A DNA stretch of 64,000 bases from contig CP129475.1 in assembly GCA_030583785.1 (NCBI GenBank), positions 351,559-415,558 of the forward strand. Reading direction: 5' to 3'. A model generated the notes under the pieces. That model saw nothing but the letters and a program-made list of their open reading frames with translations. It did not search any database and was not told where the DNA came from. Source of the stretch: Candidatus Dojkabacteria bacterium (GTDB lineage: Bacteria > Patescibacteriota > Dojkabacteria > B142 > OLB20). A program made the translations under genes and the position numbers. Positions 47,704 to 58,866 of this stretch are shown one piece after another; position 1 is the first letter of the stretch, and the number at the start of each line of letters is the position of its first letter.

Positions 47704-49496
47704 TAATTAGATTTTAACAAACTTAATAACTCATCGGGTTTAGCTGTATAGTTTTGAGCAGCCTCTACAGTCAAGTCGCCTGAGCGAATTAGTTTAACCA
47801 AGGATTTTTCAAGTGTGATCATCCCAAGTTCAGCACTGGTTTGAATCATATTGTCTATCTGATAAGTTTTCCCCTCTCTAATTGCATTCTTTATTGCTGC
47901 ATTGGCAATCATGATCTCTAAAACTGCTTTTCTACCTCCTCTTTGAACCGGTACCAATCTTTGTGCCACAACTGCCGAAATAACATTCGCAAGCTGGGCC
48001 CTAATTTGCGCCTGCTGTGCATCTGGAAAGACATCAATCATTCTGTCTATACTTTGCGCAGCAGAATTGGTATGTAGGGTAGAGAAGACTAAATGACCTG
48101 TTTCAGCGACTGTAATAGCCGAAGCAATTGTTTCGAAATCTCTCATCTCACCAACAAGAACAACATCAGGGTCTTCACGAAGAGCTGCACGGAGTGCTCT
48201 GCTGAAACTTTTAACATCTGTTCCGACTTCTCTTTGATCAACTAGTGATTTTGCTCTTGGAAATACATATTCGATAGGGTCTTCAATTGTAATTATATGT
48301 TTTGCCTCGTTAATATTTATCTCCTGAATTATCGAAGCTAGAGTTGTACTTTTACCATGTCCAGTTGGACCAGTAACTAACACAAGACCATGAGGTAGTT
48401 TGGCAAAATCATAGATAACATCTGGAAGACCAAGCTCAGCAATAGTTCTAATTCTGGAAGGAATTAATCTAAATGCTCCAGCAAGTTGTTCCTTTTTATG
48501 ATAAATGTTAACTCTAAACCTGGTTCCGCTCTGAATACTATGCGAGAAATCAATATCTAGATCTGCCTTCAAGGCTTCTTGCTGTTCTGGTGTCAAAATC
48601 GACTCAAAAAGCTCTCTAACTCTTTCGAGTTGCATAATCTGATTACCGATAGAAATCAGTTTGCCGTCAACCCTAAGCATTGGTGGATAACCGGTTGAAA
48701 TGTGCAAATCAGAAGCATTTTTTTCTTCGGCATAGGCAAGAAAATCGTCCATCTTAGCTTTCTGAGCATAGTAATTCTCGCTTGCATCTGCAGGTTTAAG
48801 TGAATCAATTTGTGGAGAAGGTGTTGGAACCGCCTGCTTAGACTCTACAAGTTCATCAGCTTTCTTAAATATTTCCTCAACTGTCTCAGTCTGCTTTGCG
48901 GCACTCCCTGTAAGCTCTATGCCTCCCTGATTTAGGCTTGGAAGTGATTCCTTTATTTCCGGTTGCGGTGATGGGACTGTCACATTTGTCGATTCAGTAT
49001 TATCTGACATTTGATTCAAATTAGCAGGAGCTTCTATGGGTTTAAGTTGTTCAGGCACCTCGTTTTTAATTGTTGGAACTTGAGGGACTACTGGACTGGT
49101 AGAAGAGAAAGGTGATGTTGATGAACTCTGTGCAGTTTCTACAGGTGCCTCGGTTTTATTGACATTGCTATCTAAAGGTTTTGCTAGGTTCAACTCGCCC
49201 ATACCCAGGTTTTGAGTTTCTGCTTGTGGAATTTCTCCTGGTTGCATACTGGGAGCGGGAGTATCATTAAATTGAAACACTGTCTCTTTTGGTAGTTCTG
49301 TAAGAATCTCTGGGGCTGCCGATAATAAATTATTTGTAGTACTTGTATTGTTTAAACCTGGCTGATTTGGTTGCTGTACCGGTTGCACAGGCATACTTGC
49401 TGCTGTTGAAGGTGGCAAATTTGGCATTTGCCCAGCAGGGGGCTGAGTAGGATTTGAATTTGGTTGCTGCGGACTACTTAAATCAATGAAGGGCAT
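47703..49496 (-). CDS. pilT: PilT-type retraction ATPase with an N-terminal low-complexity extension of about 250 aa
   Basis: 597 aa. The C-terminal 340 aa is a PilT core (MDDFLAYAEEKNASDLHISTGYPPMLRVDGKL; VTGPTGHGKSTTLASI; LREDPDVVLVGEMRDFETI...TGHLVFSTLHTNSAAQSIDRMIDVFP). The N-terminal segment is rich in P/Q/S/T/N. Confidence 0.8.
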   Translation of the reverse strand: MPFIDLSSPQQPNSNPTQPPAGQMPNLPPSTAASMPVQPVQQPNQPGLNNTSTTNNLLSAAPEILTELPKETVFQFNDTPAPSMQPGEIPQAETQNLGMGELNLAKPLDSNVNKTEAPVETAQSSSTSPFSSTSPVVPQVPTIKNEVPEQLKPIEAPANLNQMSDNTESTNVTVPSPQPEIKESLPSLNQGGIELTGSAAKQTETVEEIFKKADELVESKQAVPTPSPQIDSLKPADASENYYAQKAKMDDFLAYAEEKNASDLHISTGYPPMLRVDGKLISIGNQIMQLERVRELFESILTPEQQEALKADLDIDFSHSIQSGTRFRVNIYHKKEQLAGAFRLIPSRIRTIAELGLPDVIYDFAKLPHGLVLVTGPTGHGKSTTLASIIQEININEAKHIITIEDPIEYVFPRAKSLVDQREVGTDVKSFSRALRAALREDPDVVLVGEMRDFETIASAITVAETGHLVFSTLHTNSAAQSIDRMIDVFPDAQQAQIRAQLANVISAVVAQRLVPVQRGGRKAVLEIMIANAAIKNAIREGKTYQIDNMIQTSAELGMITLEKSLVKLIRSGDLTVEAAQNYTAKPDELLSLLKSN

Positions 49497-49520
49497 AGTT
49501 TTATATTAAAAAAATTATAT

Positions 49521-51326
49521 TTAACTGACAACTCTAAGTACTTCTTCGATAGTTGTTACACCTTCCATAGCTTTCAAGTAACCATCTTGCATCATGGTGA
49601 TCATTCCTTCTTTTACGGCAATCTTTTCTATCTCTTGTGCTGATGAATCTACAACCGTTAAAGAAGCAATACCTTCTGACATTTTCATTACTTCAAAGAT
49701 TCCGATTCTGCCTTTATAACCACTGTCACCACATTGAGGACAACCTTTCCCTTTGTTTAAAAATATCTTACCACCATTTTTTTGCAAGATCGAGTCAATA
49801 CTAAAACCGTTAATCTGTTCCAAAACTGTTTTAAGTTTATTAATTTCTTCTGGACTAGCTTCATATGAATATCTGCAGTTATCGCAGATTGTTCGAACTA
49901 ATCTTTGTCCGGCAGCTAGTTCAAGAGTAGAGGAGAGTAAGAAGGGCTCAATACCCATATCTTTAAGTCTTGGGATTGCTCCAGCAGCAGAATTGGTATG
50001 CAAAGTGGCAAGCACAAGATGCCCTGTAAGCGATGCCTGCACAGCTAATTCTGCAGTTTCTTTGTCACGAATTTCTCCAACGAGTATGACATCTGGGTCT
50101 TGTCTCAGAAAGGCCCGAAGTCCTTTGGCGAAGGTTAAGCCAACTTCGCTATTAACTTGAACTTGAGTGACTCCATCGATACGAATCTCGACTGGGTCTT
50201 CGAGTGTCATAATATTGATTTCGGGACTATTAATAATTTTAAGAGCACTGGCAAGAGTCTGGGTTTTTCCACTTCCTGTAGGACCTGTTACAAGCAAGAT
50301 ACCTTGTGATTTTTTAATTGCCTGCTGAAATAGTGCAAGACCTCTGCCTCGCATACCTGTTTTATCAAGCGTTAGGGTTCCTCCTCCTTTTGCAAGAAGC
50401 CTAATCACAACTTTTTCTCCATAGACCGATGGCATTACAGAAACACGGAGGTCAATTAATTCATTCTCTACTTTAATTTGAAATCTGCCGTCCTGAGGAA
50501 CACGATGTTCATCTATTTTTAGATTAGATAAGATTTTAATTCTTGAAACAACAGGACCAGCAAGCTTAACCGGTAGAGTTAGCTTCTCTTGCAAAACACC
50601 ACTAACACGATACCTAACTACTACTTTGTTTTCTCTAGGTTCAATATGAACATCAGAAGCCTTGTATTTTGCAGCGTATTCAAGAATCATATTCACAATT
50701 CTTGCAACAGGTGCTGCAGCAATATCACCTTGAATTTCTGCAGAGGCTATCGTGCCGGTAATTTCGACTACATCTCCAACATCTTGTAGTGCCTGGGTAA
50801 CTTCTGACCCGATCTGAGCACCATACTTGGTATCGATTATGCTTTTTATAATGCTTGGATCAGCAAAATAAGGTTCGATTCTTTTTCCAACTACTGTCGA
50901 CAAGAAACGGATTTTTTGCAGATCTAAAGGATCTGCCATAGCTACCTTAAGCCCAACTTCAGTGTTCTCAAAAGCGACAGCAGAGTTTTGCTTGGCAAGT
51001 TTTTGATTTAAGAGGTTGAGAGTTTCGATGTCAATTCTTTGCGCGGCAAGGTCTACGAAAGGGATTTGAAACAACTTTGATTTCGCTTTAGCTAAATCAA
51101 GTTCAGAAATATACCCACCCTGAAGTAGAATCTGCTCAATGGGCTTGCCTGTATTCACAGATTCAAATTTTACCTTCTTTAAAGATTCGGTGTTTAGAAG
51201 CCCGAGTGAAAACAATGAATCGGCCAGATTCACCTGTTGTGATGTATTAAGAGCATTGTTGTTTACGGGAGGCGCTTGTTGCTGTAATATATTACCACCT
51301 ATAGCCCCATTATCTGAATTTGCCAT
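49521..51326 (-). CDS. pilB: Type IV pilus assembly ATPase PilB (GspE family)
   Basis: 601 aa with an N-terminal GSPII_E N domain, Walker A (LVTGPTGSGKTQTL), GEIRDKETAELAVQASLTGHLVLATLHTN, and a tetracysteine motif (CDNC...CPQC). Confidence 0.85.
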   Translation of the reverse strand: MANSDNGAIGGNILQQQAPPVNNNALNTSQQVNLADSLFSLGLLNTESLKKVKFESVNTGKPIEQILLQGGYISELDLAKAKSKLFQIPFVDLAAQRIDIETLNLLNQKLAKQNSAVAFENTEVGLKVAMADPLDLQKIRFLSTVVGKRIEPYFADPSIIKSIIDTKYGAQIGSEVTQALQDVGDVVEITGTIASAEIQGDIAAAPVARIVNMILEYAAKYKASDVHIEPRENKVVVRYRVSGVLQEKLTLPVKLAGPVVSRIKILSNLKIDEHRVPQDGRFQIKVENELIDLRVSVMPSVYGEKVVIRLLAKGGGTLTLDKTGMRGRGLALFQQAIKKSQGILLVTGPTGSGKTQTLASALKIINSPEINIMTLEDPVEIRIDGVTQVQVNSEVGLTFAKGLRAFLRQDPDVILVGEIRDKETAELAVQASLTGHLVLATLHTNSAAGAIPRLKDMGIEPFLLSSTLELAAGQRLVRTICDNCRYSYEASPEEINKLKTVLEQINGFSIDSILQKNGGKIFLNKGKGCPQCGDSGYKGRIGIFEVMKMSEGIASLTVVDSSAQEIEKIAVKEGMITMMQDGYLKAMEGVTTIEEVLRVVS

Positions 51327-51398
51327 TGGACAGTTTTGGACAGTATCATGAACTCGGAATTAGCTTAAATACTAAGTAAAAGAACAAGGGATGTCAAT

Positions 51399-52055
51399 AT
51401 GGGCAAATCACACCTAATAGTCACCAACAATCTAGAATTTGCAGAAAACGCAATCTCTGAAATAAAAGAGAGATTCGATATCAAAATCGACGATCCAGCA
51501 GATCTCTTGTCTATCCGTGGCAAATCGGAATCAAATACGATAGGAATCGAAGAGATCAGACAATTAAAGTCTTGGGCTTTGCTCAAACCTAGAAACGGAA
51601 ACAATAAACTAGCAATCATCTACCAAGCAGAACTGCTTAGCGTTCAAGCTCAAAACACATTGCTGAAAACGCTCGAAGAACCTAACACCTTTACATCAAT
51701 AATATTAATAACAAACTCAATCGGTAGCTTACTAGATACAATAAAATCCAGATGCATGGCTTACGAAGACCCAAGCATTCATAACTCAGAAGGTAATTAT
51801 GAATTATCCTTTATGGAGAGTATGAGAAGAATAGAGGAGATAACCAAAGAGAAGGATAAAAACATTCAAAGACAAAAGATTCGGTTCTTCCTTGTAAGTA
51901 TTCTTAATAATGAACGAACAGCTTTAAAAAATGGGGCAAGTATTCAGTCTAAGCTAAAGCGCATTGAAACGATTAATAAAACAACCAAAATGATATATAG
52001 TAATGTTAGCGTAAAGATTGCTCTAGAGAATTTAATTTTTCAACTCTATCAATGA
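51399..52055 (+). CDS. holB: DNA polymerase III delta' (HolB)-like clamp-loader subunit, short form
   Basis: 218 aa: LLKTLEEPNTFTSIILITN...LDTIKSRC matches the sensor-1/SRC region. There is no P-loop and no zinc module. Confidence 0.55.
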   Translation: MGKSHLIVTNNLEFAENAISEIKERFDIKIDDPADLLSIRGKSESNTIGIEEIRQLKSWALLKPRNGNNKLAIIYQAELLSVQAQNTLLKTLEEPNTFTSIILITNSIGSLLDTIKSRCMAYEDPSIHNSEGNYELSFMESMRRIEEITKEKDKNIQRQKIRFFLVSILNNERTALKNGASIQSKLKRIETINKTTKMIYSNVSVKIALENLIFQLYQ

Positions 52056-52531
52056 ACAACAAATTATTCTTGACATATTGCTGGATCACTTCATTTGCTT
52101 GGTTTGGACTAATCCTAATCTTAAGCACGATCCCAGATTTGGACACTAAAGGGAATCAAATAGATTGGCTGGTTCGTGGAGTCGGTTATGCGCTGATGTA
52201 TGCTATCATGTTCTTGTTGATTTTAAGGTCCTTGCTTGCAAGTGCTCGTTCTAAGGTAAAAAGACTGGCATACTATAAATCACGCCGAGAAAGGTCAGAA
52301 GATGTCGAATTTGCCCTCCTGACAGAATTTCTGTTATTCGTAATTGCAGTATTGATTACTATAATCCTATCAGTAATTGACGAATATCTACAATCTCAAG
52401 TAGTAGGTCGGGTAGCAGCAGTATCCGATATTTTAATCAATATTCTTGGGATTGTTATTGCCTCAACACTAGTCTATAAGATACCATTACTTACTGAAGC
52501 AGAAGATATCTTACTTAAGAAACACAAGTAG
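52052..52531 (+). CDS. Small membrane protein, possibly VanZ-like
   Basis: 159 aa with four hydrophobic helices. It overlaps holB by 4 nt. Confidence 0.45.
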   Translation: MNNKLFLTYCWITSFAWFGLILILSTIPDLDTKGNQIDWLVRGVGYALMYAIMFLLILRSLLASARSKVKRLAYYKSRRERSEDVEFALLTEFLLFVIAVLITIILSVIDEYLQSQVVGRVAAVSDILINILGIVIASTLVYKIPLLTEAEDILLKKHK

Positions 52532-52603
52532 GTAATCTTCTTCTTTGTTGACTCAAAAGTATCTATGCTAGAATTGAGTGCAAAATTTCCTTTTCTTACC
52601 TGA

Positions 52604-54547
<1,944 letters not shown>

Positions 54548-54573
54548 TTTATCTAACTAGCACATAACTAGAG

Positions 54574-55434
54574 ATGTCAAACTCAGCAAGCCAAATCAAG
54601 GAAGTCAAGAAATCTGAATTTATTAATAAAACAGAGAAGAACTCAAAAGGGGTAAGTTATTCAACAATTGGGACAACGCTTCAAGCGCTTAGTGTTCAAC
54701 TCGACGAAGGAGAAAAGATTAATTCCGAAGCTGGAAAAATGTCTTGGATGACAAGCAATATCAAAATGAAAACAAAAGGGCAGGGGATTGGCAAAATCGT
54801 TTCTAGAGTTCTCGCCAACGAATCGTTCTTTATTAACGAATTTACCAGCGAAGCCGGAACCGGAATAGTAACTTTTTCTACAGACGAAGCAGGTAAAATT
54901 GTTCCTGTTGAACTTGCTTCAGACAAACCGGGTATCGTATTTCAAAGAGGTTCATACCTTTGCTCAGAAATTGGAGTAGAAAGATCAACAGTACTAATTA
55001 AACGCTTAACAGCAGGAATATTTGGTGGGAAAGGTTTTATACTGCAAAAAGTTAAAGGAGAAGGCTCTGCTCATCTTATCGCAGATGGAGAAGTAGTTAT
55101 GTACGAACTTTCCGCAGGAGAGCAAATGCTTGTAGATCAGGGAAACCTCCTTGCCTTTGAAGACACAGTAGATTTCGATATTCAAACCGTAAAAGGTGGA
55201 GCTATGAATTGGTTCTTCGGAGGGGAAGGTATTTTCCTAGGGTCACTTAAAGGTCCTGGCAAAGTATGGATGCAAACTCGAAAAATATCCGTGCACGGAG
55301 CAGCAGTTGCTGCTTCAGCTGCAAACAACTACTCTGGAGCCAGTCAAAATCCTTTAGGATGTATTTTCGGTTTAATAATTAGTGGCGTAATTTTTGGATG
55401 TGTAATTGCTTCTTCACTAATTATGAATATTTAA
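54574..55434 (+). CDS. AIM24/DUF124-like protein with a C-terminal hydrophobic tail
   Basis: 286 aa. It has the pattern GGEGIFLGSLKGPGKVWMQT, which I recall as typical of the TIGR00266/AIM24 family, and a C-terminal IFGLIISGVIFGCVIASSLI. Confidence 0.45.
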   Translation: MSNSASQIKEVKKSEFINKTEKNSKGVSYSTIGTTLQALSVQLDEGEKINSEAGKMSWMTSNIKMKTKGQGIGKIVSRVLANESFFINEFTSEAGTGIVTFSTDEAGKIVPVELASDKPGIVFQRGSYLCSEIGVERSTVLIKRLTAGIFGGKGFILQKVKGEGSAHLIADGEVVMYELSAGEQMLVDQGNLLAFEDTVDFDIQTVKGGAMNWFFGGEGIFLGSLKGPGKVWMQTRKISVHGAAVAASAANNYSGASQNPLGCIFGLIISGVIFGCVIASSLIMNI

Positions 55435-55450
55435 TTATTAATAACCTAGT

Positions 55451-55597
55451 ATGGAACTACTGCTTATTATCGTCTGTACAATAACAGTATTCATGCTAAT
55501 AACTCTATTCGTAGCTGCTGTTGCAATCAGCAAAAAAGACGAAAGCCCAACGAAGGCCCAAAAGTTTACATTAGACAGACAAAAGGAAATTAAATAA
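55451..55597 (+). CDS. Small single-pass membrane peptide (48 aa), translationally coupled to gyrA
   Basis: [48 protein letters not shown]. Its TAA stop overlaps the gyrA ATG (TAATG at 55595-55599). It is not in the ORF track. Confidence 0.4.
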   Translation: MELLLIIVCTITVFMLITLFVAAVAISKKDESPTKAQKFTLDRQKEIK

Positions 55598-58200
55598 TGC
55601 CTGACGAATCACAATTAACAATTACAGATAAGCGAATCAAGGAGCAAAACATTACCGAAGAAATGCGCTCCAGCTATATCAATTATGCCATGAGTGTTAT
55701 TGTGGCTAGGGCACTGCCAGATGTTAAAGACGGACTAAAGCCTGTTCAGCGAAGAATACTTTATGCAATGTATAAACAGGGCTTTCTTCCTTCATCCTCT
55801 TACAAAAAGTCTGCCAGAACAGTTGGAGAGGTTATCGGTAAGTATCACCCTCATGGTGATACGGCAGTCTACGATGCTATGGTCAGAATGGCTCAAGATT
55901 TCAGTTACAGATATATTCTTATCGACGGTCAAGGAAACTTTGGCTCAATCGACGGAGACAGCGCCGCTGCCATGAGGTATACAGAATCAAGACTGCACAA
56001 AAATGCTATTCGCATTCTTACAGATTTAGAGAAAAAAACAGTTGATTTCGTATCTACATACGACGGAACTCATAATGAACCAGTAATTCTGCCATCTCTC
56101 TTACCAAATCTACTTCTAAACGGAGCAGAAGGAATTGCAGTGGGAATGGCAACAAAAATTCCACCTCACAATCTTGGAGAACTTGTTGATGCGATGGTTG
56201 AAATGATCAACAAAGGCGAGGCAACAACCACAGATGAGATTGATTACTCATATCTTGATACCATAAAAACCGTTGCCGATATTGATAATCTCAGCAATGA
56301 AAGATTTCCGCACTTTAATTCCGAAGTAGAGATTTCAGAAATTCTAAAACACATACCTGGACCAGATTTCCCCACAGGTGCAGAGATTTACGACCAAGAA
56401 GAAATAAAGCGAGCATATATGACCGGCAGAGGTCGAATTCTAATGCGGGCAATCGCAAAGATCGAAGAAAATAAAAGTGGAAAGTTCCAAATCATTATCA
56501 CAGCGCTTCCATATCAGGTAAATAAGGCAAATCTAGTAAGTAAAATCGCAGAACTTGTTAAAGATAAAAAGATTGAAGGAATTTCTGACATCCGAGACGA
56601 ATCAAACAAACTTGGAATTAGAATTGTTATTGATCTAAAACGAGACAGTAAGCCAAAAACATTGCTCAACAAGCTGTATAAATATACAGAAATGCAAAAG
56701 GCATTTAATGCCAACATGCTGGCACTTGTAAATGGAGAGCCAAAACTGCTCAACCTCAAAAGAATCCTTGAACTTTTTATTGAACACAGGCAAGAAATAA
56801 TTATTCGCAGAAGTGAATATGATTTGGCACGAGCACGCGAAAGAGAACATATCCTAGAAGGATTGATGATCGCACTTGATAACCTAGACGAAGTTATTAA
56901 TACAATTCGCTCATCAAAAGATGTAGATATCGCCAAAGAGAACTTGATGAAAAAGTTCAAATTAAGCGAAATTCAATCACAGGCAATCCTAGATATGCAA
57001 CTTAGAAGACTTGCTGCCCTTGAAAGACAAAAGATAGAAGAGGAATACAAACAAATTAAAATCACTATTGCAGATCTTCTGGCTTTGTTAAGCTCTGCAA
57101 GCACTATCCTCAAAACCATTGTTGACGAACTTACAGAGCTTAAAGAAAAATCGGGTGATATTCGCCGAACAAAGGTTCACAAAGGCAAAGTAGGAGAATT
57201 CAATGAAGAGGACCTTATTGCCAAAGAAGAGGTTATTGTAACAATCAGTGAACAAGGTTACATCAAACGCATGAAGCAAGATACCTATACCTTGCAAAAG
57301 CGAGGAGGAGTGGGCAAAAAGGGAATGACAACCAAAGAAGATGACGGTGTAGCTCACATATTGAGCTGTAATACTCACGACGAGATATTATTCTTCACTA
57401 GCAAAGGAAGAATGTTTAATCTTCGAGTTTATGATATCCCAGAATTTGGTAGAACAGCTCGAGGACAAGCAGTTATTAATCTAATTAATATTGAACAAGA
57501 CGAAACCATTCAAAGTGTTTTAACCAGAAATCCTGATGGTCGAATATACGACGAAGATATCACCCAAGAAGGGGAAACGAAAACAGAATCTGGGAAATAC
57601 AAATTCTTGTTTATGGCAACAAGACATGGCATTGTTAAGAAAACATCACTCGAAGAATTTGCAAATATTCGAGCAAATGGACTGATTGCAATTAAGCTCT
57701 CCGACGGTGACGAGCTTGCCTGGGTTAAACCAACAACTGGTAAAGATGAAATCATGTTAATTACCAGAAAGGCTAGGTGCATTCGCTTTAAAGAAGCCGA
57801 TGTCCGCGAAACGGGTAGGGCAACTATGGGAGTAAAGGGTATAACCTTCAAGTTCAAAGAAGATGAAGTAATTGTCATGGATGTTATTCGTAAGCTCGAA
57901 GAATTTGTTCTAAGTGTTTCAGAGCTTGGATACGGTAAAGTCACCGATCTTTCAGAATTTCCAACCCAAAACAGAGGTGGTATGGGAGTATTTACTGCCA
58001 GGGTAAATAAGAAAACTGGCGATCTTGCATCGGCCAGAATAATAGATCATCCCGATCTTGAATTATTAATAATAACTCAAAGTGGACTTGCCGTTCGTAT
58101 ACCAACAAATGAATTACCAAAGCGCAGTAGGCAAACAGCCGGTGTAAGGCTAATGAAAATGAAATCTGATGATACGGTTACAGCTATTGCAATTATTTAA
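55597..58200 (+). CDS. gyrA: DNA gyrase subunit A
   Basis: 867 aa: [38 protein letters not shown], an active-site Tyr region (AAMRYTE), and a C-terminal beta-pinwheel. Confidence 0.95.
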   Translation: MPDESQLTITDKRIKEQNITEEMRSSYINYAMSVIVARALPDVKDGLKPVQRRILYAMYKQGFLPSSSYKKSARTVGEVIGKYHPHGDTAVYDAMVRMAQDFSYRYILIDGQGNFGSIDGDSAAAMRYTESRLHKNAIRILTDLEKKTVDFVSTYDGTHNEPVILPSLLPNLLLNGAEGIAVGMATKIPPHNLGELVDAMVEMINKGEATTTDEIDYSYLDTIKTVADIDNLSNERFPHFNSEVEISEILKHIPGPDFPTGAEIYDQEEIKRAYMTGRGRILMRAIAKIEENKSGKFQIIITALPYQVNKANLVSKIAELVKDKKIEGISDIRDESNKLGIRIVIDLKRDSKPKTLLNKLYKYTEMQKAFNANMLALVNGEPKLLNLKRILELFIEHRQEIIIRRSEYDLARAREREHILEGLMIALDNLDEVINTIRSSKDVDIAKENLMKKFKLSEIQSQAILDMQLRRLAALERQKIEEEYKQIKITIADLLALLSSASTILKTIVDELTELKEKSGDIRRTKVHKGKVGEFNEEDLIAKEEVIVTISEQGYIKRMKQDTYTLQKRGGVGKKGMTTKEDDGVAHILSCNTHDEILFFTSKGRMFNLRVYDIPEFGRTARGQAVINLINIEQDETIQSVLTRNPDGRIYDEDITQEGETKTESGKYKFLFMATRHGIVKKTSLEEFANIRANGLIAIKLSDGDELAWVKPTTGKDEIMLITRKARCIRFKEADVRETGRATMGVKGITFKFKEDEVIVMDVIRKLEEFVLSVSELGYGKVTDLSEFPTQNRGGMGVFTARVNKKTGDLASARIIDHPDLELLIITQSGLAVRIPTNELPKRSRQTAGVRLMKMKSDDTVTAIAII

Positions 58201-58305
58201 TGATTTGTTGTAACATTGATTCGGATAGTTCGTTAATGTATATAAGAAAACCAGTTATATAATGAGAAATTGTTGTCTCACAAATAAGATGATTTTTATC
58301 AACAA

Positions 58306-58367
58306 GACCGGCTAAGGGAGAGGTTTAGCATGTTTACAAAACCTCTCAATTTTGAGAGGTTTTTAAT
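58306..58367 (+). promoter_or_regulatory. Three-segment terminator/antiterminator element with an embedded 15-codon uORF upstream of greA
   Basis: GAGAGGTTT (58308-16), AAACCTCTC (58329-37) and GAGAGGTTTTTAATTTTT (58344-61). The middle segment can pair with either flank; the 3' pairing plus the U-run forms an intrinsic terminator. The uORF is ATG 58320..TAA 58367, encoding MFTKPLNFERFLIFN. It is preceded by GGGAGAGG with a 6-nt spacer and its codons span the terminator. Confidence 0.5.
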
Positions 58368-58382
58368 TTTTAATTAAATTAA

Positions 58383-58814
58383 ATGCAGGATAACTCAAGA
58401 AAAAATCGAATAATTAACAAGATCAATGACCTAAAGGCTCAAATTCTTGAGCTAGGATCGCAGATTGAGCAAGAAAGAAATGAAAACAACGAAGAAGATA
58501 CAGCTATCAGACAAGAGCTGCTTGATAAACGCGAAATTCTTGAGCAGCAAATCTTAGAATTACAAAACGGCTTAACCTTAGCAAGTAATTCAGCTGAACT
58601 TCCTGCTGACCTTGGCAAGACATTTACAATAGATATGAACGGATCAAGTAGAGAATTAACAATTGTACTTCCAGACGAGGCAAACCCTTCAATGGGCAGT
58701 ATCTCTATTGATTCACCTATAGCTAAAGCGTTGTTAGGTAAAAAACAAGGAGAGATTGCTAGCGTTTCAACACCTATGGGAAATCAGCAATATCTGATCA
58801 AAAAAGTTGTATAA
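58383..58814 (+). CDS. greA: Transcription elongation factor GreA-like (short)
   Basis: 143 aa with an N-terminal coiled-coil and a C-terminal FKBP-like domain (ISIDSPIAKALLGKKQGEIASVSTPMGNQQYLIKKV). Confidence 0.7.
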   Translation: MQDNSRKNRIINKINDLKAQILELGSQIEQERNENNEEDTAIRQELLDKREILEQQILELQNGLTLASNSAELPADLGKTFTIDMNGSSRELTIVLPDEANPSMGSISIDSPIAKALLGKKQGEIASVSTPMGNQQYLIKKVV

Positions 58815-58844
58815 CTCCTGACAAGATGAGATAAAAACATGAAC

Positions 58845-58866
58845 AGAGTAGGGGATCCCCTACTCT
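58845..58866. repeat. Perfect 22-bp palindrome at the convergent greA/xer junction
   Basis: AGAGTAGGGGATCCCCTACTCT. It overlaps the last codons of the recombinase gene. There is no U-run on either side. Confidence 0.6.

Noticed and set aside
58845-58866. dif (Xer recombination) site next to the Xer-like recombinase
   Set aside because: A dif site is about 28 bp with two different 11-bp arms around a 6-bp spacer. This is a perfect symmetric palindrome inside the recombinase coding end, so it is unlikely to be dif.
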